A DNA stretch of 64,000 bases from a virus. The notes below the pieces were generated by a model. It was not told the DNA's origin. It saw nothing but the letters and a program-made list of their open reading frames with translations, and ran no database searches. Shown one piece after another: positions 46,878-56,370 of this stretch (position 1 is the stretch's first letter; each line of letters starts with the position of its first letter). Made by a program: the position numbers and the translations under genes. The DNA lies in IMG/VR virus record IMGVR_UViG_3300028840_006907, positions 1 to 64,000 of that record; one strand, given 5' to 3'.

Positions 46878-48008
46878 TTAACCAACAAGATCTAAGATCT
46901 TATCAAGGGTTTCATTCTTTTCTTTCATTTGAACTGTAGGATTAGGATTATGTGAAGTCTCTTCAGGAGATTCAATTAATTCCAATACAGTTTCGAGAGC
47001 ATTGGATTTTAATTGAGCACCACTACCTACCCACGCACTATCGGCACGGGCTTGTTCTTGAGTAGTATATCCAGACGTAGATGTTACTCTACTAGGTCTT
47101 TTATGATCCACGTAATTAGTAACAGCATTCACCAAAGCCATACCCGTTCCAGCTTGTTCCGGGATAGCATTATCATCATTATCATTAAATAGTTTAGCTA
47201 TCTCAAGGGCTTTATCAGATTTCTTATCTGATTGTTCCCATTTCTCACCAAAGATACGAGTCATAGTCTGTGCAAAAAGTTCTTTGGTAACTTTATGAGT
47301 AATAATCTTTTCAAACTTTTCTTTAAGAGAATTTATATCCTGTTTTAATCCGGTTTGAATCTCAGTGGTTATTTTATTAAGTTTCTCTTTAGCACCTTTG
47401 GTATGTCTTACTTTAATCATTGCATCCTTAGTGCCTTTAGATAAGGCAAAATTCAAAGTGTTCTGACATACTACCCGTACATCGGTGAGCATAATTGTAT
47501 TACTCATAGTTCCATCATGAGCACTCATAAACATGATAAATGTTTCGTGTTTATCATTTCCGATGGAAGCGTTAAAGGGGACACGGGCCAAAGCCCAGAC
47601 ACGTTCTCCACGTCCTAAAACTCCGGCAGCTTCATAATGTGCACCATCAATCTGTTCTAAGACATTATCAATCCATCCACCGATTTCAATATTTTGCGTA
47701 GGTTCATAGGTATTACCTACGATACCAAGGGCGCTTTCCTTACCAGTTAAATCGGAACGAAAGATACCAAATTGATTCGGGAAAACATATCCTTTAGGTA
47801 CAGTGCTTCCAGGTTTCCATAAAGGATTCTTAAAGAATAACGGCCTTTTTTCGACCGTCCAATCTAATTGAGCCAGTTCATAAGCTTCTTTCCAGGTCAT
47901 TGCATGATTGACCATTTGTCCTAGTTCATGCCACGGTAAACCATGTTCATCTATGGCATATGCAGCCGATACTAAACCGTTTTTTGCTGTAAATAAATTA
48001 TGAGCCAT
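46878..48008 (-). CDS. DUF932-like phage/plasmid protein
   Basis: N-terminal AYAIDEHGLPWHELG...MTWKEAYELAQLDWTVEKRPL pattern recalled as typical of DUF932. Confidence 0.5.
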   Translation of the reverse strand: MAHNLFTAKNGLVSAAYAIDEHGLPWHELGQMVNHAMTWKEAYELAQLDWTVEKRPLFFKNPLWKPGSTVPKGYVFPNQFGIFRSDLTGKESALGIVGNTYEPTQNIEIGGWIDNVLEQIDGAHYEAAGVLGRGERVWALARVPFNASIGNDKHETFIMFMSAHDGTMSNTIMLTDVRVVCQNTLNFALSKGTKDAMIKVRHTKGAKEKLNKITTEIQTGLKQDINSLKEKFEKIITHKVTKELFAQTMTRIFGEKWEQSDKKSDKALEIAKLFNDNDDNAIPEQAGTGMALVNAVTNYVDHKRPSRVTSTSGYTTQEQARADSAWVGSGAQLKSNALETVLELIESPEETSHNPNPTVQMKEKNETLDKILDLVG

Positions 48009-48274
48009 TGAAAGACTCCTTTCATGATAAGGGTTCCACTAACTTATTAAAGTCAGCTATTATAGTTATTTGGGTTTTTTATTTACTATGAGGGATTGAC
48101 CAGACTATAAAGAGCATTGCCTTTATTATCAGTCTGGCCTGTTTTCTTCCAGAGACCGAAAGAACTATTTATATATTCAGGTTCAGTCTCTACACCATGT
48201 AATCTGATATATTCAGACCATGAATATTCAGACCATGAAGTAGTGCAGACAGGGGGAGAAGGGAAAGCAATCAT

Positions 48275-48763
48275 TTATACAATGCTCCAGATTTCTTTAG
48301 TCTCACCGTCTTTAACTTCGTAAAAGGTCACGTTACCGTGATCATTCACTAAGAACAATTCACCGGTATAGTTATCAGGGACTTCAGACAAGTCTGAAAC
48401 TTTAATACCGTCGAAATCAATATCATCTAAGTCACACGGCCAGTAACCGTAATCGGAACCATCACCGGGATGGGCACCGAAGTAACAATATGGCGGAGCA
48501 AAAGAATCAAGTGCATTCCAAAGATCTTCATTGAGATATTCTGAAACGTTCTCACTGTCCCAGTCTAAATCTTTGTCCTCTGGAATATTAAGATCTTCTT
48601 TTTCTTCGTTATATTTAATGATCTTTTCACCTTCAGCAATAACTGAAGTATACTCGTTATTTTCATCCAGTTCTTTCAGAAGATCTAAGAAACACGGGAT
48701 AAGATCTTCTGGTTTCATTGTTGCATGACTAACTGTACCTAATGTTATTTTCATGTTATTCAC
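48275..48763 (-). CDS. hypothetical acidic protein
   Basis: 162-aa ORF. Confidence 0.5.
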   Translation of the reverse strand: MNNMKITLGTVSHATMKPEDLIPCFLDLLKELDENNEYTSVIAEGEKIIKYNEEKEDLNIPEDKDLDWDSENVSEYLNEDLWNALDSFAPPYCYFGAHPGDGSDYGYWPCDLDDIDFDGIKVSDLSEVPDNYTGELFLVNDHGNVTFYEVKDGETKEIWSIV

Positions 48764-48770
48764 TCCTTCG

Positions 48771-49079
48771 TTATATTATATCTTCGATTGATTCATTATC
48801 AATGTGCCATTGTTCGCATTCATCAATTTCTTTTTCAATGGCTTCAGTAATTTCCTCATCCAGGTCGAGAACATTATTTAAATAATCTCTCCAGTTCTGG
48901 ATAGTATCATTATGAGTCACTCCCCACATACCGTTTTCGTTGTGTTCTTCCATAGTATCTACATCGGTATCGTATTGATTAGGATTAATGCAATGATCTT
49001 GTATACTGTGTACAGTTTCACTTGCATAAATCTGATATTCTTCAGAGTTAATTAAATCTTTCAATGTCTTTATAGTCAT
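48771..49079 (-). CDS. hypothetical acidic protein
   Basis: 102-aa ORF. Confidence 0.45.
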   Translation of the reverse strand: MTIKTLKDLINSEEYQIYASETVHSIQDHCINPNQYDTDVDTMEEHNENGMWGVTHNDTIQNWRDYLNNVLDLDEEITEAIEKEIDECEQWHIDNESIEDII

Positions 49080-49100
49080 AGTTAATTCCCCCGATAAGGT

Positions 49101-49613
49101 TTATATTTTATTTAATAGATCTTCAAAGCTTTCAGCAGTGTTCAAAGTAATGAGGAAATCCTTAATATCACTTTCTTTAATGATCTTCTCATGACTATTA
49201 TTGTTTCGAGTTATCTCTTCAGCTAAAAGAGAAACTTTGTTGCCATTTAAATAAATCTCAAATGTTTCGAAATAACCATCTTTATCAATTCTGTCTCTGA
49301 TATTGGCTATATCTTCGAGATATAAATTTATCTTACTTTCGACATTAATAATTACATGACGTTCCTTAGTATCAAAATTGACCTTACAGTTTATATCAAG
49401 ATGTTTAAACATGTTTTCGATTGCATCCAATGTACTTTCTTTTGGTGCTATCTGGTAAGTTATTTCTGTGTTCTCAGAAACGATTGCTTTAATCTTATCT
49501 TTGATAGAGTTATCTATCTCCTGTGAGCACGTGAGGATAATTTTATTATTGCCGTTTTTTGTGAGTTCAATGTTATTATCCTCACATACTCTTAATAGTT
49601 CATTGTTACTCAT
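49101..49613 (-). CDS. hypothetical protein
   Basis: 170-aa ORF. Confidence 0.5.
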   Translation of the reverse strand: MSNNELLRVCEDNNIELTKNGNNKIILTCSQEIDNSIKDKIKAIVSENTEITYQIAPKESTLDAIENMFKHLDINCKVNFDTKERHVIINVESKINLYLEDIANIRDRIDKDGYFETFEIYLNGNKVSLLAEEITRNNNSHEKIIKESDIKDFLITLNTAESFEDLLNKI

Positions 49614-49618
49614 AATAT

Positions 49619-50077
49619 CTATATCCTTTTGTGATGTTTAATCATTCTTGCAGAATTATCCCGACCTGTACTAACATGAATCAGGAAGTTATATTTAACT
49701 TTATCCTTCCTGATTATTTCAATGTACAAATGATCAGAAACAAAACCGTTTTCTTTAAGATCTTCAGTATCACCGGCACCTTGGTACCATACTAACTGTA
49801 TAGTATCATTCTCCCGTAATAAACTGATAACAGTCTTTAACGGGCAAAATTCGAAGTCATACATACTGTGATGACTGAAACAGTATGTCTTATTTTTGTA
49901 GCTATAATTTATATATCTTTGTTTCGATTCTACGTTAAATACATGATCACTATCGAACGGGTTATCGTCAGATTTCTTTTTATAGCACTCCACTGTACTA
50001 ATAGAGTTTTCAGTTCTAAAACATATTGTATCGGCTTGTTTCATTGCCTGTATATCGATCTTCTTAATGGTTTTCAT
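49619..50077 (-). CDS. hypothetical protein
   Basis: 152-aa ORF. Confidence 0.5.
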   Translation of the reverse strand: MKTIKKIDIQAMKQADTICFRTENSISTVECYKKKSDDNPFDSDHVFNVESKQRYINYSYKNKTYCFSHHSMYDFEFCPLKTVISLLRENDTIQLVWYQGAGDTEDLKENGFVSDHLYIEIIRKDKVKYNFLIHVSTGRDNSARMIKHHKRI

Positions 50078-50090
50078 AGTCTGTATCTCC

Positions 50091-50300
50091 TTATTTATTA
50101 TGTGCTGTTCTAATCATTGGATCATATGTCCCATTGTTCCAAGCTTGAATTTTATTAATAGCAGTCTCGAAAGACTGCAATTCTTCTGGTGATCTTTCTC
50201 TAATTTCTCTTTTTGCTTCAATCTTCATAGTAAGACTGAAAGCACCAAATAATATTATTACACCTATACATATACTTAAAAATAACATAATATATTCCAA
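50091..50300 (-). CDS. small membrane protein
   Basis: Helix FLSICIGVIILFGAFSL. Confidence 0.4.
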   Translation of the reverse strand: MEYIMLFLSICIGVIILFGAFSLTMKIEAKREIRERSPEELQSFETAINKIQAWNNGTYDPMIRTAHNK

Positions 50301-50344
50301 TCATTAAAGTTATGGGGGAAGTTATTCCCCCGTTAATTATTTAA

Positions 50345-50650
50345 TTATTTAATAGGCATTCCCAAAGTTTTTGCTACATTGTTCCAAGTTTCTTTCTCTT
50401 TCCATCCAGTCTCAAGAGCATTGAGAGCGGTTACAGCATGATTATATTGCTCTGTTGTGCCCTTATTAACTATTCGACTGAGAAAAGGCTTTGCCTGATT
50501 AAAGAACATAAAATGATGACCGTCCTTAACGATTCGTTTATGTGCGAGTTCTCTGAGAGCGGTATAATTATCTTTCCGGTATTTCTTAGCTCTCATTACG
50601 ATTTTTTTGCCATTGGTTGAATTTTGCAGTGCGTCTTGAATAGAGTTCAT
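50345..50650 (-). CDS. hypothetical basic protein
   Basis: 101-aa ORF. Confidence 0.45.
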   Translation of the reverse strand: MNSIQDALQNSTNGKKIVMRAKKYRKDNYTALRELAHKRIVKDGHHFMFFNQAKPFLSRIVNKGTTEQYNHAVTALNALETGWKEKETWNNVAKTLGMPIK

Positions 50651-50908
50651 GGTTCCTCCATGTTAAGGTTTATGTTAGTTATTTAATTATTATCTTTGTT
50701 ACGTATTAGTCTACGTAGAGTATTAATAGTCCGGTGACTTGTTCTTTGGTCATTCCGCTTAAGGCTTTGATAAATTCTATCGTTGTCCTTTCACCTTGTG
50801 TTTTGAGAAGAGTATTTATACATGCTTTCATTTCGGGTATCATCTCTATTGTGTTCATTGGTGTTATAGTTACAGTCTCCATGTTTTTTCTCCTGTCTGG
50901 TTTAAGTT

Positions 50909-51517
50909 TTAGTTATAGCGAGTTATTCCGTCACTGGATTCAAAATCCATTGCGAGTATGGTATATAATTCCGTTTCCTGTGTATTAATTGTGTCTGGAT
51001 TGACTTGTCTGGAATATCCATCACTGCTTTCAAAATCCATTGCGAGTGAAGCAAATTCATTTGATATGGTTACAAGCGAGTTAACTGGTTGAATTTCAAC
51101 GATTTCAGTCTGGGTTTGGACTTCTTTAATACATTCATCCATTAAACTATTTAGAGTATCTAAGTCGGTAGTTTTTACGAAGGTTTCCCAGTCCTCTTTG
51201 GACATATTAAAATATTCTCGTACGACTTCGAGTTTATCTATATCTGTTATAGTTTTTACTTTGTTCCCGTTTTGCCAAATACTTTTAGCTTTATTAGTAT
51301 ATATAATCTCGCCTGTAAAGTTATGGTTGAAATTTAACCAGCGAGTCTCGTTATTTACTGACGGGTCAATGACTTCAGCGAGTTTATTACCAAAACGGTT
51401 TATACGATAACGGCCAGTACATTGAACGTTTATCCATTCACGAATTGTTTTTCTTGCGGTTTGGTTTGTGCCATTAATAACAGCACCAATTAATTTATCG
51501 TTCATTAGTATAGACAT
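50909..51517 (-). CDS. hypothetical protein with duplicated C-terminal LAMDFESSDG motif
   Basis: First gene of the leftward array next to the control hub; about 35-nt DNA direct repeat inside its 3' end. Confidence 0.5.
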   Translation of the reverse strand: MSILMNDKLIGAVINGTNQTARKTIREWINVQCTGRYRINRFGNKLAEVIDPSVNNETRWLNFNHNFTGEIIYTNKAKSIWQNGNKVKTITDIDKLEVVREYFNMSKEDWETFVKTTDLDTLNSLMDECIKEVQTQTEIVEIQPVNSLVTISNEFASLAMDFESSDGYSRQVNPDTINTQETELYTILAMDFESSDGITRYN

Positions 51518-51572
51518 AATATTTCCCCTTGTCTAATGTATATATTAACAGTCAATTATTTTTTTCTGTTGT

Positions 51573-51940
51573 CATGAATAATGAAAAAAGTTTAGTAACT
51601 TTCCGAAGTTTTAAGAAACTTTTTCTTTGACGTTTGTTTTTTGTGGCTTTCATGAGTAATGAAAAAAGTTTAGTAACTTTCCGAAGTTTTAAAAATTTTT
51701 TCTTTCATGTAAACTTTTCCTTGTCTACATGAGTAATGAAAAAAGTTTAGTAACTTTCCGAAGTTTTAAAAATTTTTTCTTTCATGTAAACTTTTCCTTG
51801 TCTACATGAGTAATGAAATTAGTTTGGTAACTTTCCGAAGTTTTAAAAATTTTTTCTTTCATGTAAACTTTTCCTTGTCTACATGAGTAATGAAATTAGT
51901 TTGGTAACTTTCCGGAAAAAATTGTAAAAACGCTATTTTC
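51573..51940. repeat. 77-bp tandem direct repeats, about 4.4 copies
   Basis: Units begin at 51573 (degenerate), 51651, 51728, 51805, 51882 (partial). Confidence 0.95.
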
Positions 51941-52312
51941 CTTTATATAGGGGAGAGCCAGAAATCGCCCGTTTGATGTGCGTGATATATACGCCCGAAA
52001 ATGTTCCCGGTTCTAACCCCCCAGTGAAATACCCTTTCCACAAAAGTGAAATACCCCAATACAACTATACCATACCCGACCATACCCCACCCCCGGGACC
52101 TGTCTTCGGGATCATCATCATGCGCTTGCTTTTCGTGCGCTCAATGCCATACCCACCCCCTTTTTGTAAAGATTTTTGGAAGTTGGAAATGGATGGAGTT
52201 AGATTGGATTTTTTGGATGGTAGAAAATTTTGGCTGGTGGGAGAGACCCCACAGTAAAGTACCCGGTTGGTTCAGGGAAGTACCAATATGGTTCAGTGGA
52301 GTGTCTTTTTTG

Positions 52313-52370
52313 TGGCGCATATCCTGTTATAGTGGCGCATATTCTATTATAATGGCGCATATTTCAGTTC
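52313..52370. repeat. three direct GTGGCGCATAT boxes at about 20-bp spacing
   Basis: gtggcgcatatcctgttata / gtggcgcatattctattata / atggcgcatatttcagttca. Confidence 0.9.
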
Positions 52371-52397
52371 AAAGCTCTCAGAACCCAGTTCAAAGAA

Positions 52398-52628
52398 CAG
52401 GGAACAGGGAACTGAGCACAGGGAACTGAGCACAGGGAACCGAGCACAGGGAACCGAGCACAGGGAACTGAGCACAGGGAACTGAGCACAGGGAACTGAG
52501 CACAGGGAACCGAGCACAGGGAACCGAGCACAGGGAACTGAGCACAGGGAACCGAGCACAGGGAACTGAGAACAGGGAACCGAGCACAGGGAACTGAGAA
52601 CAGGGAACTGAGAACAGGGAACCGAGCA
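52398..52628. repeat. 14-bp tandem repeat array, 16 copies, GC-rich
   Basis: CAGGGAAC(T/C)GAGCA with T/C and C/A variants; partial copy then units from 52405. Confidence 0.95.
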
Positions 52629-52872
52629 CCTGTATCTGTGATCTCGGAAAAGTTTCGGGAAAAAAATCGGGAACGGCTCAGGGCTGAGAAATAGGTATGA
52701 ATTTTTTTGGGGTATAATTTTTGGAGTTAAACAGTTGGGGAAATTGGAGTTATCTTATGTGAGGTGATGGGATAGTTTATGGAGGGTGAAAATTTTTTGG
52801 TATAGTTTGATGGAGAAACAGGTATAATACTTATAGGACGGAAAAATTTAAGTCTAATGGTTCGAGGATCTT

Positions 52873-53064
52873 GTGAAGAAGAACACAAAGCGTAAATTAA
52901 ATAAATTGATAGCATTTTGCAAGGATGAGGGGATGGACATAAGTGCGGATGGTGGTTTAATTTATGTCACGGTAGGAAATGGTCGGATGAATGAGGAGGT
53001 TTGGTGTGAGAAGGCTATCAGTGGTTTTTCGGAGGTTGGTGATTTTGGTTTTAACGAGGATTAA
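52873..53064 (+). CDS. hypothetical protein, first gene of rightward array
   Basis: 63-aa ORF; GGTATAAT box about 40 nt upstream. Confidence 0.45.
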   Translation: MKKNTKRKLNKLIAFCKDEGMDISADGGLIYVTVGNGRMNEEVWCEKAISGFSEVGDFGFNED

Positions 53065-53095
53065 AACCTATTAACATTAAACAATTGAGGTAGTT

Positions 53096-53815
53096 ATGAA
53101 CAATAAGATGTATTTAAACAGTTTTATAGATGCATTGAAGGTTTTATCAGTAGGGACTCTTGATAATTATAAGGAGGAGTTTACTGTGGGATTACCTTTG
53201 GACCCGGAGATATTTAAGGAGGTCATACGGAATGGAGTTATGGCTATTCGTGATGGGTCTCATTTTTTTCTTCGTGACATTAAGAAGGTTCGGATTAGGG
53301 ATATGCCGAATGAGTTGCATGAGATTCCAGATCTTTTCACGATATCTTATAAGGCTGATGTTTTTAATGATGAGTTAGTGAAGGAGGATGTTGAGGCTCA
53401 TACTTTGGTGGTTCGTAGATTATCAGATTTGGCATATTCTGTTGTATTGTGGGCATCTCAGGATTTGGAGGTATGGCAACCTATACCTATTTATAATGTT
53501 GTAAATTTTGATGCTGACTTTAATGTTGAAGATGGGGCGTTGCCTTATAGTTATTGGGCGCATGAGTGTTTTTTAAATGGTCAGGGTGATATGATGATTC
53601 GCCAATTACCGTTTGAGAAATTGAATGAAGATCAGGTTGAATATTTAAATCAAACTTATTTATTCCCGATTTTATTTGAGTTATTTCTTGGATTTTGGAA
53701 CAAGTATCCCAGGCTTAGCTTTAAGGATCAGGTTTTACGAAATCGGACGTTGGTACATGATGAGGAGGGTGATGTTTTTTCATTGGATTGGATAAAATAC
53801 AAGGAGATAGTATGA
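53096..53815 (+). CDS. hypothetical protein
   Basis: 239-aa ORF. Confidence 0.55.
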   Translation: MNNKMYLNSFIDALKVLSVGTLDNYKEEFTVGLPLDPEIFKEVIRNGVMAIRDGSHFFLRDIKKVRIRDMPNELHEIPDLFTISYKADVFNDELVKEDVEAHTLVVRRLSDLAYSVVLWASQDLEVWQPIPIYNVVNFDADFNVEDGALPYSYWAHECFLNGQGDMMIRQLPFEKLNEDQVEYLNQTYLFPILFELFLGFWNKYPRLSFKDQVLRNRTLVHDEEGDVFSLDWIKYKEIV

Positions 53816-54702
53816 AAAATTTACGTGAGATGAAAGATATCCCGGAGGTCATGTATCGGAAGTCGCGTGAAGCGATTTGGTATGACATGAGTCAAGGGGG
53901 GGAATTATTTAATCGGTGTTATGTTTGTGGTCATCATAAGGATGATATGGAGACGTGTACTCATTTTATAAGGGGTATTGAGAATGAGATAGATATTAAG
54001 GAAGTGGCGTCTTGGTTTAATCAACCACCTGAGGTCATAGAGGACCGCGTGATTAATAACACGTTTATTTTACCGTATAATGCAACAAAGGGAGTTGAAT
54101 ATTTACCGGTGAAATATCATGGTGAAAATATAGCGGTATTTCCGATTTGTGGTGGGTGTCAGGCACTTATGCGTATACCTTTTGCAACTGAAGCAGATGT
54201 AATCAAAATGAAGGAGATGAACATGGATAGAGCGATAATAATGACAGGTAAGGCGGTAGAAACTGGTGATATAAACGAGAAGAAGTGTTGTTATTTATGT
54301 GGAAGGCCGGAGGGATCTGACAGTCTTTCGGTTCCTTATAATAAGAGGACTGAGGAGACGTTATTAGCGAAAATTACCTTACGGATGGTGACCTTTAATA
54401 CATCTGAAGAGATGAATATAAAATTTAAGTATTTGGTATGCCCGGAGTGTGAGATTTTATTGGGGGTATCTCCTCGGATCTTTATGAGTCATGATGGTGG
54501 TCATTTAAATGAAGATCATGATCCGTTTGATCTTACTGAATTAAACAATGGGATTCAGGCGATTTTAAATGGCAATATTTCTCCGACATTACAGGCAAAG
54601 GTTTTGGAATACATAAAGGCAGCGGGTCCTGAGTTTTTCATTAATGAGATTTTAACTATTACCAGTAAGAAGAGGAAGAGGAAGAAGAAAAATGGCAAAT
54701 AA
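53788..54702 (+). CDS. Cys-rich protein with several CxxC pairs
   Basis: CYVCGHH, CGGCQ, CCYLCG, CPECE; true start possibly an internal Met near 53812. Confidence 0.5.
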   Translation: MDKIQGDSMKNLREMKDIPEVMYRKSREAIWYDMSQGGELFNRCYVCGHHKDDMETCTHFIRGIENEIDIKEVASWFNQPPEVIEDRVINNTFILPYNATKGVEYLPVKYHGENIAVFPICGGCQALMRIPFATEADVIKMKEMNMDRAIIMTGKAVETGDINEKKCCYLCGRPEGSDSLSVPYNKRTEETLLAKITLRMVTFNTSEEMNIKFKYLVCPECEILLGVSPRIFMSHDGGHLNEDHDPFDLTELNNGIQAILNGNISPTLQAKVLEYIKAAGPEFFINEILTITSKKRKRKKKNGK

Positions 54703-54919
54703 ATTACAATCGGAAGAGAACACGGTATCTTTTACAGATTGTATCAGGGTTGAAGTTCGTGGAGAGTTAGCGGGATCATTTATGGAGTATTGTTTAAAGA
54801 ATAAGATTTATTCGATGAGAGCTGGGATGTCTGGTCCTGGCATTCATATTGGATTTTATTTGTTGGAGCACCGGGCCAAGATAGAGTCATTTTTTGATGG
54901 AGTCATAGATGAAGAATGA
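54692..54919 (+). CDS. hypothetical protein
   Basis: 75-aa ORF. Confidence 0.45.
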   Translation: MANKLQSEENTVSFTDCIRVEVRGELAGSFMEYCLKNKIYSMRAGMSGPGIHIGFYLLEHRAKIESFFDGVIDEE

Positions 54920-55160
54920 GCGGACTCGTATACTTCTATTATATAAGCCTGAGCAGAAGCTTCTTAAGACGGTTTTGCGGACGATACATGAGATTCGGGA
55001 GGTTTACGGGTATTATTATGTGGGCTGGTTTGTTTATGATCGTTTTGATCATTTTTGTTTTCGTTCAAAGAATGCGACTACGTGGATTGAGCTTTATGGC
55101 TGGAGTCCTTTGATCGTGGCTTGGAAGCGATACAACTTTAACAAGCGGAGGTACTTATGA
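54909..55160 (+). CDS. hypothetical protein
   Basis: 83-aa ORF. Confidence 0.45.
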   Translation: MKNERTRILLLYKPEQKLLKTVLRTIHEIREVYGYYYVGWFVYDRFDHFCFRSKNATTWIELYGWSPLIVAWKRYNFNKRRYL

Positions 55161-55354
55161 ACGCATCAACATCTATTAAATTGGATAAATTTTTAGAATA
55201 TTGTCGTGAGAATGGGATTCGGTTGAGTGCAGTTGGTCAGATTTTTCTCAATGTTGATGGTGATATCATTTTTACTCCCTATGGCAAGATCACCGAAGAG
55301 ACAGTGGTGGATGATTTTCAGAATGAGAAGTTTATTGGTAATTATACAATATAG
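55157..55354 (+). CDS. hypothetical protein
   Basis: 65-aa ORF, 4-nt overlap. Confidence 0.45.
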   Translation: MNASTSIKLDKFLEYCRENGIRLSAVGQIFLNVDGDIIFTPYGKITEETVVDDFQNEKFIGNYTI

Positions 55355-55363
55355 GAGATTTTT

Positions 55364-55780
55364 ATGGTACCCAATACATTCACAGACGAAGAAGTTGATA
55401 TAGCCCGAAAATATGTTTTATCTCAGATTAGGAGATATAGTCGGTTTAAGAACGGGAAGAAGTTAGGGAACCCGTTTGTCTTTTATAAGGACGTTTTGGC
55501 TCAGATAGGGTATTATATAGAATCTGAGCATGACGGGGATCGTGCTGGTATACTTGCTGCGCGTATTTCAGAGGCAGAATTTTCTGAGCATGGAGTGCTT
55601 ATAGGTGCGGTTATAGTGAGTCAGGAGTATCGTCGTCCTGGTCCTGGTTTTTATGTATTTGCCGAGGAGAATGGGTTATTTAATTGTCATGGTAATGCCG
55701 ATCCGGACGGGGCTCGGGAGTTGAATTTTTGGGATCAGCATGTTACTGAAATTGTAAGACATTATGGGAGGCAGAGATAA
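55364..55780 (+). CDS. hypothetical protein
   Basis: 138-aa ORF. Confidence 0.5.
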   Translation: MVPNTFTDEEVDIARKYVLSQIRRYSRFKNGKKLGNPFVFYKDVLAQIGYYIESEHDGDRAGILAARISEAEFSEHGVLIGAVIVSQEYRRPGPGFYVFAEENGLFNCHGNADPDGARELNFWDQHVTEIVRHYGRQR

Positions 55781-55933
55781 TGATACATTCTTATCAGGTT
55801 GGGGAGATATGTAATGATCCTTTATATGTGGACTATGCAATGAGAGGTGATATTGTTGAAGTCAGTCTTGATGAGGTAGAACTTGTACAAGCCTCTGATT
55901 CAGATGCTTTTTTATCAGAAGAGGATTTAATAA

Positions 55934-56359
55934 ATGAAAAGAGTTAAATGTCGTTCAGATAAAGTGACTGTTTTTCCTGTTACTGGAGGTCATTATCAAC
56001 AAAGGATTGAGGAAGTAACAATTGGAAATGTTTATGAAGTGATTAGGGTTGTTCGTGATGATTATTATGAAATCCTTCCTGATGAGGGATTCCAAACCAA
56101 AGTGCTTCCTGATTACATGTTTGAGTCAACCAATGAACCGGTTACCATTAACCCGGATCGGGAGAAGAATGAAAAGAAGAGACAGGAACGATTAGAGAAG
56201 GAGCGAAAGGAACGGGAAGCTCAGAGAATTCGCGAGGAGATTCAAGATAGAGCATTAGCATATTATAATCCGGTTGCATGGTATAAAAAACAGAAAGCGA
56301 AAAAGCGCTTATCAGATGCTCTTTCTCAGATTTTTACCTCTGGTTTACCTTATGGATAA
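55934..56359 (+). CDS. hypothetical protein with charged coiled-coil-like segment
   Basis: EKNEKKRQERLEKERKEREAQRIREE. Confidence 0.5.
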   Translation: MKRVKCRSDKVTVFPVTGGHYQQRIEEVTIGNVYEVIRVVRDDYYEILPDEGFQTKVLPDYMFESTNEPVTINPDREKNEKKRQERLEKERKEREAQRIREEIQDRALAYYNPVAWYKKQKAKKRLSDALSQIFTSGLPYG

Positions 56360-56370
56360 AGGAGATAAGC

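Noticed and set aside
50734-50988. Plus-strand ORF 50734-50988 (84 aa)
   Set aside because: Antisense in the leftward array; a 58-aa minus-strand ORF (about 50705-50881) with an upstream GGAGA fits the local gene order better, though it is below the track cutoff and not listed as a feature.
51573-51940. Possible CRISPR array or tandemly repeated 26-aa peptide genes in the 77-bp repeats
   Set aside because: Units are contiguous and near-identical with no spacers; a 77-bp period shifts the reading frame between copies, arguing against coding.
52000-52040. tRNA-like T-arm (ggttctaacccc) near 52010
   Set aside because: Flanking bases cannot form the T-stem or an acceptor stem, so there is no cloverleaf; no convincing tRNA elsewhere by eye.
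51973-52429. Plus-strand ORFs 51973-52257 and 52046-52429 inside the control hub
   Set aside because: Pro/His/Trp-rich low-complexity translations of the C-rich tract, mutually overlapping, no ribosome-binding site; more likely non-coding regulatory DNA.
52398-52628. Possible CRISPR array
   Set aside because: The 14-bp units are contiguous with no spacers, and no cas genes are present; this is a simple tandem repeat.
52347-52629. Minus-strand ORFs 52347-52559 and 52390-52629 (LGSLCSVPCA... repeats)
   Set aside because: Translation artefacts of the 14-bp tandem array; periodic low-complexity peptide, no ribosome-binding site.
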